From the NCBI GenBank assembly GCA_964519305.1, contig CAZFHY010000010.1, positions 32,001 through 96,000 on the forward strand: 64,000 nt of DNA, written 5' to 3'. The position numbers and the translations under genes are program-made. Origin of the DNA: Candidatus Undinarchaeota archaeon (GTDB lineage Archaea > SpSt-1190 > JASMDC01). Shown here in pieces: positions 41,235 to 51,345 of this stretch (positions are counted from its first letter, which is position 1; each line of letters opens with the position of its first letter). The notes beneath the pieces were generated by a model. It was given only the letters and a program-made list of their open reading frames with translations, did not search any database and was not told the DNA's origin.

Positions 41235-42550
41235 CCCCCCTTGCATGTCTTGGTGAACATGTTCTTTGCATGCTTGATCCAGTGCACCAGCGGGATGCGC
41301 GAGGGGCACGAGAAAGCGCACGAACCGCACTCGAAGCAGTCCATTGCATGCGCGTCCGCGGCCTCCTGGAACCGGTCCTTGCGCGCCAGTCGGGCGATGA
41401 GGCTCGGCATAAGGTACATGGGGCATGCGTCGACGCACCGGGCGCACTTGATGCAGGGACGTTCTGGTGAATCGTCGATGTCGGTCTCGATCTGGACGAG
41501 AACACCAGAGGAACCCTTGATGATAGGTATGTCGGTAGTGGTCTGGGCGATGCCCATCATGGGTCCGCCGCTGATGAGCTTCCTGATCGGACCTTTGGCG
41601 CCACCGCAGAGTTCGATGAGCTCTGCTGCCGAGGCACCGATGCGCACCACGATGTTCTTGGGCGTTCCGACAGCCCCGGTCACGGTGACCGCTCGCTCCA
41701 CCAATGGCTTCCCATCGTGGACCGCTTCGTGGATGGCCTTGCATGTGCCCACATTGGACACGACGCATCCCACGTCCATGGGGAGGCCACCGGTCGGTAC
41801 CTTTCGGCCGCTGGCGGCATAGATTAGCATCTTCTCGGCACCCTGGGGATACTTGACATCCATGGGCACGAGTTCGAAACCTGAGTATTCCTTCCGCTCG
41901 AGGAGCTCGGAGAACGCTTCGAGCGCGTCAGGCTTGTTATTCTCGATGCATACGTAGGCCTTATCGGCACCAACGGCGCGCCTGACGATATCGAATCCGG
42001 AGAGCACCTTCTCAACCATCTCGAGCATAAGGCAATGGTCGCAGGTGAGGAACGGTTCGCACTCAGCCCCGTTCAGGAACACCGCGTCGATGGGCTTGTC
42101 CTTTGGCGGGGACAGCTTCACGTGCGTTGGGAAGGCCGCACCTCCCAGACCGACGATTCCGGCGTTCTGGATGATGGACCTGAGCTCCTCGACGGTGAGC
42201 TTCCCGGTCTCCTCCTTGGAGCGTGTCTTAAGCTCCACCCATGTGTCCTCCCCATCGCCCTCGATGACGATTGCCGCGCTCCTTCCCTTGGCAGGATGGG
42301 GGTGATTCGCGATCTCCTTTACCGTACCGCTGATAGTAGCATGGATGGGTACGCTCACGAACCCTCCGGCCTCGGCGATAACCTGACCTACCTTGACTGT
42401 ATCGCCCTTTTCGACGATGGCTTTTGCCGGAGCACCGATGTGCTGGGAGAGCGGGAGCACCACCTGTGCGGGCAGAGGTGCTGTCTCGGCCGGCTTGGAG
42501 GCAGACAGTTTATTGTACCGGGGGTGAACACCGCCGATGAAAGTGGCCAT
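41231..42550 (-). CDS. rnfC: Rnf complex subunit C
   Basis: GGVHP; QHIGAPA; GIVGLGGAAFPTHVK; NGAECEPFLTCD; YPQGAEK; two [4Fe-4S] motifs. Confidence 0.97.
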   Translation of the reverse strand: MATFIGGVHPRYNKLSASKPAETAPLPAQVVLPLSQHIGAPAKAIVEKGDTVKVGQVIAEAGGFVSVPIHATISGTVKEIANHPHPAKGRSAAIVIEGDGEDTWVELKTRSKEETGKLTVEELRSIIQNAGIVGLGGAAFPTHVKLSPPKDKPIDAVFLNGAECEPFLTCDHCLMLEMVEKVLSGFDIVRRAVGADKAYVCIENNKPDALEAFSELLERKEYSGFELVPMDVKYPQGAEKMLIYAASGRKVPTGGLPMDVGCVVSNVGTCKAIHEAVHDGKPLVERAVTVTGAVGTPKNIVVRIGASAAELIELCGGAKGPIRKLISGGPMMGIAQTTTDIPIIKGSSGVLVQIETDIDDSPERPCIKCARCVDACPMYLMPSLIARLARKDRFQEAADAHAMDCFECGSCAFSCPSRIPLVHWIKHAKNMFTKTCKGG

Positions 42551-42574
42551 TGCGAGGTTCACAATGATAAGTTG

Positions 42575-42583
42575 TTATAAAAA
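42575..42583. promoter_or_regulatory. TATA element in the divergent rnfC/apbE gap
   Basis: TTATAAAAA ~25 nt from the rnfC ATG. Confidence 0.6.
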
Positions 42584-42638
42584 GTTACTTTTCTCCCAAG
42601 CACTTCCCGTCGGAGCGGGAACGAAGGAGTGTCTTGTC

Positions 42639-43625
42639 ATGGACCGCAAAGGAATGGTTGTAGCGCTCGTCCTGTCGGTCCTGCTGCTCCATGCCGGTTG
42701 CCAGCAGCCCCCCACCGAGATCGTGCGCAACGAGTCGCTCATGGGAACCATCGTGACCATCAAGGTGGTCCACACCGATGGTCAGGCGGCCAACGCCTCC
42801 ATCGACAAGGCCTTCGCCGAGATGCGGCGGATCGAAGCGCTGCTCACGAACACGGCAACCGATAGCGAGGTGTCCCGCCTTAATACGCAGGGGGAAGTTA
42901 AGCCAGCCAGCCCTGAGCTAATCCAGGTCTTGCGTCTCTCCGTTGAGGCCGGTGAGCTCTCGGGCGGTGCCTTCGACGTGACCGTCCAGCCGCTCCTCGA
43001 CCTCTACACCCACAGCTTCCGTGACCTCAAGCGCCCTCCCACCGGGGAAGAGATCAACACCACCCTCGAGGATGTCGACTACCGGAAGATCGAGGTCCAT
43101 GACGGATGGGCCGCTATTCCCACCAACATGTCGATCACGCTGGGCGGCATCGCGAAAGGATACATCATCGACGTCGCATTCCGTGTGCTCCAGGCCGACG
43201 GTATCGAGAACATCCTCGTCAACGCCGGAGGCGACATCCGGGCTCGGGGCAGCAACGCGCAGAGGCTACCATGGACGCTCGCCCTCCAGAACCCCCGAGA
43301 GGCCACCGATTACATCACGCGCATCCATGCGTCCGATGTTGCAGTGGCAACGAGCGGGGATTACGAGCGGTACTACGATGCTGAGAAGAAGTTCCACCAC
43401 ATCGTGAACCCCACGACCGGCTATTCCGCCCTCGGCCTCATCTCCGTGACCGTCATCGCCGACGAGGCGGTTCGCGCCGACTCCCTGGCAACGTCCGTTT
43501 TCGTGATGGGTAAGGACAAGGGGCTCACCCTCATCGATTCGCTGGAAGGTGTCGAAGCACTGGTCATCACCGAGGAGCGCGATGTGTTCCGCTCGAGCGG
43601 GTTCGCTTCCCACGAGCTGCCGTGA
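42639..43625 (+). CDS. apbE: FAD:protein FMN transferase
   Basis: Lipobox-like LHAG-C; MGT; GAFDVTV; LGGIAKGY; ATSGDYERY; HHIVNP.TG; ADSLAT. Confidence 0.95.
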   Translation: MDRKGMVVALVLSVLLLHAGCQQPPTEIVRNESLMGTIVTIKVVHTDGQAANASIDKAFAEMRRIEALLTNTATDSEVSRLNTQGEVKPASPELIQVLRLSVEAGELSGGAFDVTVQPLLDLYTHSFRDLKRPPTGEEINTTLEDVDYRKIEVHDGWAAIPTNMSITLGGIAKGYIIDVAFRVLQADGIENILVNAGGDIRARGSNAQRLPWTLALQNPREATDYITRIHASDVAVATSGDYERYYDAEKKFHHIVNPTTGYSALGLISVTVIADEAVRADSLATSVFVMGKDKGLTLIDSLEGVEALVITEERDVFRSSGFASHELP

Positions 43626-43629
43626 GCGG

Positions 43630-44052
43630 TCACCAGTTGTACTTGAAATAGTTGATATCCACGTGCAGGTCGCGGTCCTTCGCGTCCACGTGGAGGCCCG
43701 GCGTCTCATGTCCCCAAGGCCCGGGCCAGGACGAAGTGCTCGTCTCCACCATCCCACGTGATGCCAGTTCGTCAACGACCTTCTCTGCCGTCCGGTAGAT
43801 GTCCAGGAAGTGGTACTTCTCACCGTGTACGTACGGACCGAAGGACAGCACGCTCTCCTTGACCTTCTCCTCGAGGTCCACGAGTGTATCGTAGAGCTCT
43901 ATCTCGCTCTTATCTTCCAGATCCACCGTCAATTTGCCGTCTATGGACAGTCTCACATAGTCTTGGGCCAGAGGGTTCATTCTAGTCCGGAACAGCTCAT
44001 CCCACGAGTCGCCGTCGCCATTGGAGGCACTATCTACCGGATCACCATACAT
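43630..44052 (-). CDS. Hypothetical protein, tandem paralogue 3 of 3
   Basis: Shares ELYD.L..SV..Y.F..Y..EL..RG.V..GP(W/Y)G..DRDL.V with the next two ORFs. Confidence 0.8.
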   Translation of the reverse strand: MYGDPVDSASNGDGDSWDELFRTRMNPLAQDYVRLSIDGKLTVDLEDKSEIELYDTLVDLEEKVKESVLSFGPYVHGEKYHFLDIYRTAEKVVDELASRGMVETSTSSWPGPWGHETPGLHVDAKDRDLHVDINYFKYNW

Positions 44053-44107
44053 GAGTGGAGTGCCCTGGTTTAGGCGAGATTAAATACCTGCCCTTGGGAT
44101 TGTCGCC

Positions 44108-44449
44108 TCATCCCAGCGAGTGTACCTCGAACCAGTCCACGACCACATGAAGGTCACGGTCATGGGCATCGACGGCGTACCCGGGGATCGGGACGCCGTA
44201 CGGTCCCTTCCGAGGTGTGGTCTCCACATCGACCAGACCCCGCTCCTCAAGCTCACCGATCACTCGAACGGCCGTCTCGTAGACCTCCTGATATCGGTAC
44301 ACTGCTCCCTCGCACTGGGGCTGGCACCACATCACGCTCCGCTCGACCTTCTCAGAAAGGCCGATGAGCGCGTCATATAGCTGGATGTCTGACATATCTC
44401 CGGGATTCTCCAAATAGGAGCTCTCGAGCGGTACGACCTCTTGGACCAT
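44108..44449 (-). CDS. Hypothetical protein, tandem paralogue 2 of 3
   Basis: SDIQLYDAL..SV..YQEVY..ELEERGLVDVE..GPYG..DRDLHV. Confidence 0.8.
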   Translation of the reverse strand: MVQEVVPLESSYLENPGDMSDIQLYDALIGLSEKVERSVMWCQPQCEGAVYRYQEVYETAVRVIGELEERGLVDVETTPRKGPYGVPIPGYAVDAHDRDLHVVVDWFEVHSLG

Positions 44450-44474
44450 GGGTGGACCCTCCCGATCCTACTGC

Positions 44475-44810
44475 CTACGTCCGGTCGGCGAAGTAGTCGA
44501 TGTCCACCGCAAGGTCGCGGTCCTTCGCTTCTACGTGTAGTGCGAAGGTGGTCGAGCCGTACGGTCCGGGTCGCGGGGTGCGCTCAACGTCCACTAGTTC
44601 CCTGGTCTCCAGCTCTCCGACCAGCTTGTTGGTCGCGCCGTAGACCTCCTGGAAGTGGTAGACCGAGCCGCCTGCCCGCGGATTGAGCAGCATCACGCTC
44701 TGCTCCATGATGCCGGGAAGCTCGTTCAACATATCGAAGAGCTCGACGTCGCTGTAGGAGGTAAGATCTCCCGTGTACGCGGCGTCGAGGTGGAGGACCT
44801 CTTGGTACAT
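44475..44810 (-). CDS. Hypothetical protein, tandem paralogue 1 of 3
   Basis: SDVELFDML..SV..FQEVY..ELETRELVDVE..GPYG..DRDLAV; TTTATTAA upstream. Confidence 0.8.
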   Translation of the reverse strand: MYQEVLHLDAAYTGDLTSYSDVELFDMLNELPGIMEQSVMLLNPRAGGSVYHFQEVYGATNKLVGELETRELVDVERTPRPGPYGSTTFALHVEAKDRDLAVDIDYFADRT

Positions 44811-44944
44811 GGATATCCCGCTGCCCCCAGGTCGGTTAATAAACGTTGCCTTTGCGGACGAGCATGATATCTGAGTGCACGGATTGGGAGACGCATGCGT
44901 TTCTTTAAAAGGTTACTACTGACCAATGGTAACGTTTATATATC

Positions 44945-45571
44945 ATGCCCGACTACAATATCACGATGGGGCCGACATTCCTTGATGGTGTGTCCGATGG
45001 CTATAGCGCTGTCAAGGAGAAGGTCGCCGATAACTACCACAATCATCCGGGCACATACAAGGCCGTGGGGACCGTGGCCGCGGGCGTGGGGGCCTACCTC
45101 CTTGCCAAGGAGGGCATGGACGCCATGGGATTCCAGGAGTATCTGGCCAACAGCATGCCCTGGCTCGGCCATTACGCTGATGCTGTCGCCAACGGCACCG
45201 CTGGTGTGCTCGCCGCCCTTGGGGCCAAGGCCCCTGTGGAGAAGACCATAAAGTACCTCGATGGCCAGCGGAAGCACGAGAAGGGCACGTATGCCGCTGA
45301 CGCCAGCGAGAGCGGTGCCAAGGAGGTCGCGGAGGAGATCATCGAGGGGATGGACGGCACGGACCTCGGGTGCGCCGCCCTCGGTATGCCCGTGGGGCTC
45401 ACCGACATGAAAGAGCTCTACGATGGCGTGAAGTCGGACTACCAGAAGAACCACGGCAAGGGTGTCTCGTACAAGGAGAAGGATCCAATCTTCGACGAGA
45501 ATATCCTCGGTGCCAACCCGGCACCGTACCACGTGTTCACAAAGGAGAAGAGCGGGAAGTCCGCACCGTGA
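44945..45571 (+). CDS. Hypothetical protein with Gly/Ala-rich hydrophobic segments
   Basis: 208-aa ORF with typical codon usage; true start may be ATG 44966 (24 nt after TTTATATA). Confidence 0.7.
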   Translation: MPDYNITMGPTFLDGVSDGYSAVKEKVADNYHNHPGTYKAVGTVAAGVGAYLLAKEGMDAMGFQEYLANSMPWLGHYADAVANGTAGVLAALGAKAPVEKTIKYLDGQRKHEKGTYAADASESGAKEVAEEIIEGMDGTDLGCAALGMPVGLTDMKELYDGVKSDYQKNHGKGVSYKEKDPIFDENILGANPAPYHVFTKEKSGKSAP

Positions 45572-45580
45572 GCCCGACCA

Positions 45581-46912
45581 CTACTTATCTAGCACCTGCT
45601 CGGCATCGTCCATCATCTCGATGAACCAGAGCACGGCAGGAAGGTTGTTATCGACAACGTCGTCGATCTCATCCTCGTCGGGATTGAACTGGGTGAATGT
45701 GTTGCCCCACCCTCCACCGCCTTCCAGCTCAACGGTGTAGGCGAGCATCCCCTTGGAGTCCGCCCAGTCCGTGTAGGTGCCGCTGGCCAGCGCCGTGCGA
45801 CCACCGTGGAGCACGTCGTAGGCCCGCTCCATGCGCTCGCTCATCCCATTGCCAATAGCGCGGTAGAGCTCCTCGCGTTCGCCATCCTCGGTGGTGTGGT
45901 CGGGAGCGTACTGGTATTCCCCGCCATAGGAGTGGAACGCCAGCGTTCCCTTGAAATCATGCTCGGCCACGAACTCGGCCATGGCCTTGGCCTCAGGCTC
46001 GCTCATGGCCTCGGGGCCACGGTAGGTCTGGTGCCAGTAGTTACCGCTCGCACCCGGTTTGCCCCAGGCCTCCGAGAAGTTGCGATTTAGGTCAACTCCG
46101 TGGAGAGAGGATGATTTCTCGGCCCAGGTCCCCTCCTCGACGAGCTCACTGTGGTCGCGGGCGGTCTTGCGGTGGTCCGAGTCACCGTACCGCCGCACCT
46201 GCTCGGCCACGATCATCCCGCCATCGGGATTGACGCTCGGGATTATCCATGTGTCCCTGCCGTCAACAAGCTGGGTGATGTAGGCGTCCTTACCATAGCC
46301 GTCGACCATCGCCTTCGCCACGTCGAGTGGTACCTCCACAGCGATGGCCTCCCGGGCATGGAACTGTCCTACCAGCAGCACTTCGGTCCGCGACTCGCGG
46401 TCCTTCACACGAGCATCGCTGCCGATTCGTATCGCGTAGATGGGATTGCCGAGCCCGCTCTTTCCGATTATCTCGACATGGGCTAGGTCGGGCGCCTTCT
46501 TCTCGAGGGCGTACAGTTCCTCTGCGACCTCCTCGGGAACGTGGTACTTGCCCAATCCCCCGTCCCTTAGCGGAGAATCGGTGGGTATACGCTGCCAGGA
46601 CCGGACGTACTGTCCCTGTTCGATGTATTTCTCAAGGGCATCGTCACGGTCGTAGGCGCCCCCTTCAGCGGGAAGCACCATCTCCTTGGGAAGCCGTACC
46701 TCGTAATCGCCGACATCGATCCGGTAGTCGTCCCCCAGCTCGTGCTCCAGCAGTTCCTGGTGGGCGGGAGGCGTCGTGGCCGGATGGTCCGCCGCATACG
46801 CTATCGGTGCGAGAGAAGTAATGGCCGTGGCGCCGAGGACGGCATAGGTAGCGGCGCGCTTCACCACACGGGCGAGCACACCCTCACCATCGCCGTCCCC
46901 GGCTTCTTCCAC
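45581..46912 (-). CDS. Secreted M14 zinc carboxypeptidase (carboxypeptidase T-like)
   Basis: HARE, NPDG, GVDLNRNF, YRGP..SEPE, HSYG, YTVEL; signal peptide ending AYA after an acidic prefix. Confidence 0.93.
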   Translation of the reverse strand: MEEAGDGDGEGVLARVVKRAATYAVLGATAITSLAPIAYAADHPATTPPAHQELLEHELGDDYRIDVGDYEVRLPKEMVLPAEGGAYDRDDALEKYIEQGQYVRSWQRIPTDSPLRDGGLGKYHVPEEVAEELYALEKKAPDLAHVEIIGKSGLGNPIYAIRIGSDARVKDRESRTEVLLVGQFHAREAIAVEVPLDVAKAMVDGYGKDAYITQLVDGRDTWIIPSVNPDGGMIVAEQVRRYGDSDHRKTARDHSELVEEGTWAEKSSSLHGVDLNRNFSEAWGKPGASGNYWHQTYRGPEAMSEPEAKAMAEFVAEHDFKGTLAFHSYGGEYQYAPDHTTEDGEREELYRAIGNGMSERMERAYDVLHGGRTALASGTYTDWADSKGMLAYTVELEGGGGWGNTFTQFNPDEDEIDDVVDNNLPAVLWFIEMMDDAEQVLDK

Positions 46913-46957
46913 GGCCTAAGTCCCCTGTTTCCCTTTATTCCCCTTTCAGATCGGACC

Positions 46958-48658
46958 TTACTCGTCGTCCCAGAAGGTCTCGAGCTCGTCCGTTTTGTTG
47001 GTGACAACCCACTCGTTCGCCGAGACCTCTTCGAGGTGGTACCCGTTCTTGCCGAACCGGGATACCTCCACCTTGTCCTGGCCGTCATCCAGCTTCCAGA
47101 GCTCTTTCTCTCCCATGGCCTTGATGCTCTTGACCACGGGGATGAAGTCCTTGATGCGGCGCTTGTGGGTTAGGTCGACGGTCTCCTCTTCGGAGCCGTT
47201 GTGTTTGATGTACAGATCACCATCGTTGAAGGCGACGGAGTAGTGGTTGTCGTCCTCCCTGACGATCTTACCCTGTTCACCCTTGAACGACACTTCCCAA
47301 CCGGAGTCGAATATGTACCGGTCACCATCATGGATGAAGGCAGTGCCCTCGATGGTGGTCTTGACCTCGGGCTTCTCGTTGTAGAGCGAGAAGAGGAAGT
47401 TGGAACCCACCCAGAGGGCGGCGCCGGCGGCGGCCACAGGCACGCTTGAGACGGGCCAGGCCTTGGTGGCGGCCACAGTGCCCGAATAGGTACCAAGATA
47501 GATGCCGCTGCCGATGGACGACTCTACGCCCATGATCTGCCAGAAGTTCTCCGAGTAGTCGTCGTGCTCATGCTCCTTCTTGTTGATGAGCTGGTCGTGG
47601 ATGGCGATGTTGGCCTTGCCGCTCATGACACCGGAGATAGCGCTGGCCACGGTTGCCGCGCCGTATATACCGATGAACGCATAGCCGGGGTTCTCTCCGA
47701 AGCGCTTGAGGATGTCAGGGTGGAGGGCGAAGTAGCTGGCGCCGGTGACGGTGCCTAGTCCGGCCGTGTAGAGGTTGACCTTCTTTAGCGCCTCCATGGG
47801 CTTTTCGGAGTTGACGGCGTTGTCGACAACACTCCCCAGTACGCTCTCTCCGAGGATACTGAGCGCGGGGCTGCCGATGTTACCGATCGAGGTGATTGTG
47901 CTGGCGATACCGTAGGCGGCGCCCTGCTCCCACAGCTTGGGCGTGATGACGCCCAAGAGCATGGCAGCACCGACGTTCCCCATCAGGTCACCGACCTTCA
48001 GGACGGCGTACTCGGGATCCTCCTTGAACAGTCGGTAGAACACCTTGAACTTGTCCATGAAGGACTTCTCATCCATCTGGTACATCTCAAGGGAGAGGTC
48101 GTCAGGGATGCCAAAGAAGCTCTTGAAGTCCTCGTTGAAACCGAACTCCTCGAACTCCACGGTCTCTTTGAGGTTGAAGCCGTTCTCCTTGAGGTACTCC
48201 TTGAGGCCAGGATCAGCATCATCGGGGACCGGCAGTTTCTTGGTGCCGATCAGCGAGCCGAAGAACTTACCTTCGCCCCGTTCGGTGATGACCTCGGTGC
48301 GGTATGCCATGGCCGGGTGGAAGGCAGGGTCCTTGACGTCGTACGCCGTGAAGACAGCGTCCTTGCCGGCGGCCGCAGCGGCACGGTAGGCGTCCACATG
48401 GATGCCCTCCTCGTCGGTGTGGTACACCACGGAGAACCGCGCGCCATCGTACCCGGCGTTCACCAGATCGATGTACTGCTCCTCAATCCCGAAGTTGGCC
48501 TTCGCGAACTCGATATTGTTCGGGTTCAGTTGGAACTCGTCGTACTGCGTTCCCGCTACGAAGAGCGGGTTCGCATCGAGCTTGCGAGTAAAGATCTCAG
48601 AGGCAGTGTTGTTCTCCTCATGAAAATCCTCTTCGGAGAGGACTGCTGCATCATACAT
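46958..48658 (-). CDS. Hypothetical protein: soluble N-domain, multi-pass Gly/Ala-rich TM core, beta-rich C-domain
   Basis: Long ORF with several hydrophobic helices; start chosen ~26 nt after TTTTTTAAA. Confidence 0.75.
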   Translation of the reverse strand: MYDAAVLSEEDFHEENNTASEIFTRKLDANPLFVAGTQYDEFQLNPNNIEFAKANFGIEEQYIDLVNAGYDGARFSVVYHTDEEGIHVDAYRAAAAAGKDAVFTAYDVKDPAFHPAMAYRTEVITERGEGKFFGSLIGTKKLPVPDDADPGLKEYLKENGFNLKETVEFEEFGFNEDFKSFFGIPDDLSLEMYQMDEKSFMDKFKVFYRLFKEDPEYAVLKVGDLMGNVGAAMLLGVITPKLWEQGAAYGIASTITSIGNIGSPALSILGESVLGSVVDNAVNSEKPMEALKKVNLYTAGLGTVTGASYFALHPDILKRFGENPGYAFIGIYGAATVASAISGVMSGKANIAIHDQLINKKEHEHDDYSENFWQIMGVESSIGSGIYLGTYSGTVAATKAWPVSSVPVAAAGAALWVGSNFLFSLYNEKPEVKTTIEGTAFIHDGDRYIFDSGWEVSFKGEQGKIVREDDNHYSVAFNDGDLYIKHNGSEEETVDLTHKRRIKDFIPVVKSIKAMGEKELWKLDDGQDKVEVSRFGKNGYHLEEVSANEWVVTNKTDELETFWDDE

Positions 48659-48856
48659 GAAGGCCACGGGCACCATCGACGGTTTAAAAAAGGTTTTCCT
48701 ACGCGAACCGGAAAACTCGTGTGTCACTACCGCAGAGACACACCACAAATCGCGAAAAGGAAAGGCATTATCACCCGGAATAGGGTGGTTCGCGAATGTC
48801 CGGCCAGAACCGGAATAAGGTGTCACCCGCGAGTAGGAACAAAAGGGAGGGGATAT

Positions 48857-51319
48857 CTAGGCGGTCGCCTCAGCGCCCTCAGGCGCTCCCTCGCTCGACG
48901 TCTCATCCTCTTTCTTCGTGATCTGGAAGTGGAAGAGAGACCTCGTCGACTGCCAGCGGATCCCGCTCTGCATCCCCTGGTACATGTTGAACGCCTCGGT
49001 CTGGTACTCGATGAACGGGTCCTTCTGAGCATAGGCCCTAAGGTGTACACCGCGCTTCATCTCATCCATACCCAGGAGGTGGTCCTTCCACGACATGTCA
49101 GCAGAGTGCAGAAGGACCTGTCGCTCCACCTGTCGGATGACATCCGTCCCTATCTCGGCCTCGCGTTCGTGGTAGCGTCGCATGGCCTCGTTCGTGAGGT
49201 TCTCGGTCAGCTCGTCAGCGTTCTTGACCGAGGCCACGTTGAGGTCGGCCACGTCGATGCCGAAGAGCGCCTGACAGTTATACGCGAACTGCTTCTGAAG
49301 GAACTCGTTCTCCCACTGGTGGGGCTTGGGGCCCTCGGCGGCGAACGATTCCACGACCTCCTCTGCCGTCCGCTCGATGACGTTGTACACGTCCTGCTGC
49401 AGGTCAGGCCGCTCGAGGATGACGTTGCGGTCCTCGTAGAAGATCTCCCGCTGCGTGTTCATGACCTCGTCGTACTTCAGCAGGTTCTTGCGCATCTCGA
49501 AGTGCATGCCCTCGACCTTGACTTGGGCTTGTCGGACGACCTTGTCGATGAGCTTGCCCGACAGCGGCTCGTCCTTGTGGGCGCCTGAGAAGTACTTCTC
49601 CATGTTCTCCGGTCCGTAGAACCGTAGAAGTTCGTCCTCAGCGGACAGGTAGAACCGGCAGGAACCAGGATCTCCCTGGCGACCCTCGCGTCCCAGGAGC
49701 TGGTCGTCGATGCGACGCGAGTCGTGGCGCTCGGTGCCGATGACATGGAGACCTCCGATGTCGGCCACGCCTTCTCCGAGCTTGATGTCGGTACCGCGAC
49801 CGGCCATGTTAGTGGCGACGGTCACTGCACCCTTCTGCCCGGCCCGGCCAATTATGTCGGCCTCCTGCTTATGGTGTTTGGCGTGGAGCACCTGGTGGTC
49901 GATGCCGCGGGCGATGAGCATATCGCTCAGGTGCTCGGACACATCGATGGAACGGGTGCCAACGAGCACGGGGCGGCCTGCCTCGTGCTGGGCCACGATG
50001 TCGTCAACGATCGCGTCGTACTTCTCCTCGGCTGTGCGGTACACCAGGTCGGGCTGGATGTCCCGCTGCATGGGCTCGTTCGTCGGTATCTGGGAGACGT
50101 CCATGCCATAGAGGGAGATGAACTCGCCCTCCTCGGTCTTTGCGGTCCCGGTCATGCCCGAGACGCGGTCGTACATCCGGAAGAAGTTGGGGAACGTGAT
50201 GGAAGCGTAGGTCTGGGAAGGCTCGCGGACCTTCATTTCGGTCTTCCCGGTGGCTAGAAGGTCGTTGTTGGCCTCTTTCGCCTCCAGGGCCTCGTGCAGC
50301 CCGGCCTCGTACCGCCTGCCGTGCATGAGGCGACCGGTGAACTCGTCGACGATTAGCAGCTCACCGTCCGAGACTACGTAGTTCTTGTCCTTTGTGAAGA
50401 GCGAGTGGGCGGCGATGCACTGGCGTGCCGAGTGGTAGAGATGCATGGTCCGCTCGTCCGTGGGCGAGTCCACCCCGAGGGCCTTGGCCAGCTTGTCATC
50501 CCCGCGCTCCGTGAAGAATACGATATGGTCCTTCTCGTGCACCTCATAGTCGCGCCCGGGTTCGAAGTCGCGGACGATACGGTCCATGATGAGGTACTCG
50601 CGGGCAGAGGTGCCCGTGCGTCCAGAGATGATGAGAGGAGTTCTCCCCTCGTCGATGAGGATGGAGTCGACCTCGTCGATGATAGCATAATGCATGCCCC
50701 GCATGACCCGGTCCTCGGGCCGGCGGACCATGTTGTCTTTGAGATGGTCGAATCCGAACTCGTTGTTCGTCCCGTAGGTGATGTCCGACTGGTATGCCGC
50801 CCTGCGGTCCTCGGGGGACTGGTCGTGCTGGATGGTACCGACGGACATCCCCATGAACTCGTAGACCGGAGCCATCTCCTCGGCGTCGCGACCGGCCAGA
50901 TAATCGTTGGCGGTGATGACGTGGACGCCCTTTCCTTCCAATGCATGGAGGTACCCGGAGAGGGTCGCCACCAGTGTCTTGCCCTCACCGGTCTGCATCT
51001 CGGCGATGCGGCCCTCGTGGAGGATCACGCCGCCCTTGACCTGGACGTCGTAATGGCGCATCCCGGTCACGCGGCTGCTCGCCTCGCGCACAGCAGCATA
51101 GGCCTCGGGCATGAGGTCGTCCAGGCTCTCGCCCTCCGCGTATCTATCCCGGAACTCGTTGGTCTTGCCTGCGAGCTCCTCGTCCGAGAGTGCCGCCATC
51201 TCGTCAGCGTAACCGTTGACCTCATCGACGATGTCGTCCAGACGCCGCTGCTCGCGATGGCTGTAGGAGAAGAAGGACTTCACGCCGTCGTAGAATCGAT
51301 CGAGCAACCCGTCCTCCAT
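48857..51319 (-). CDS. secA: Preprotein translocase ATPase SecA
   Basis: AEMQTGEGKTL, DYLAGRD, YGTNNEFGFD, IDEVDSILIDE, IVDEFTGR, GMTGTA, ATNMAGRGTDI, RRIDDQL.GR.GRQGDPGS, YAQKDP; no C-terminal Zn-binding motif. Confidence 0.98.
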   Translation of the reverse strand: MEDGLLDRFYDGVKSFFSYSHREQRRLDDIVDEVNGYADEMAALSDEELAGKTNEFRDRYAEGESLDDLMPEAYAAVREASSRVTGMRHYDVQVKGGVILHEGRIAEMQTGEGKTLVATLSGYLHALEGKGVHVITANDYLAGRDAEEMAPVYEFMGMSVGTIQHDQSPEDRRAAYQSDITYGTNNEFGFDHLKDNMVRRPEDRVMRGMHYAIIDEVDSILIDEGRTPLIISGRTGTSAREYLIMDRIVRDFEPGRDYEVHEKDHIVFFTERGDDKLAKALGVDSPTDERTMHLYHSARQCIAAHSLFTKDKNYVVSDGELLIVDEFTGRLMHGRRYEAGLHEALEAKEANNDLLATGKTEMKVREPSQTYASITFPNFFRMYDRVSGMTGTAKTEEGEFISLYGMDVSQIPTNEPMQRDIQPDLVYRTAEEKYDAIVDDIVAQHEAGRPVLVGTRSIDVSEHLSDMLIARGIDHQVLHAKHHKQEADIIGRAGQKGAVTVATNMAGRGTDIKLGEGVADIGGLHVIGTERHDSRRIDDQLLGREGRQGDPGSCRFYLSAEDELLRFYGPENMEKYFSGAHKDEPLSGKLIDKVVRQAQVKVEGMHFEMRKNLLKYDEVMNTQREIFYEDRNVILERPDLQQDVYNVIERTAEEVVESFAAEGPKPHQWENEFLQKQFAYNCQALFGIDVADLNVASVKNADELTENLTNEAMRRYHEREAEIGTDVIRQVERQVLLHSADMSWKDHLLGMDEMKRGVHLRAYAQKDPFIEYQTEAFNMYQGMQSGIRWQSTRSLFHFQITKKEDETSSEGAPEGAEATA

Positions 51320-51345
51320 CAAGTTGGCCTCGGCCCCGTACGGCC

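Noticed and set aside
41235-41768. Long N-terminal extension of RnfD (534-aa ORF)
   Set aside because: Out-of-frame overlap with rnfC; RnfD-like sequence begins at the ATGA junction.
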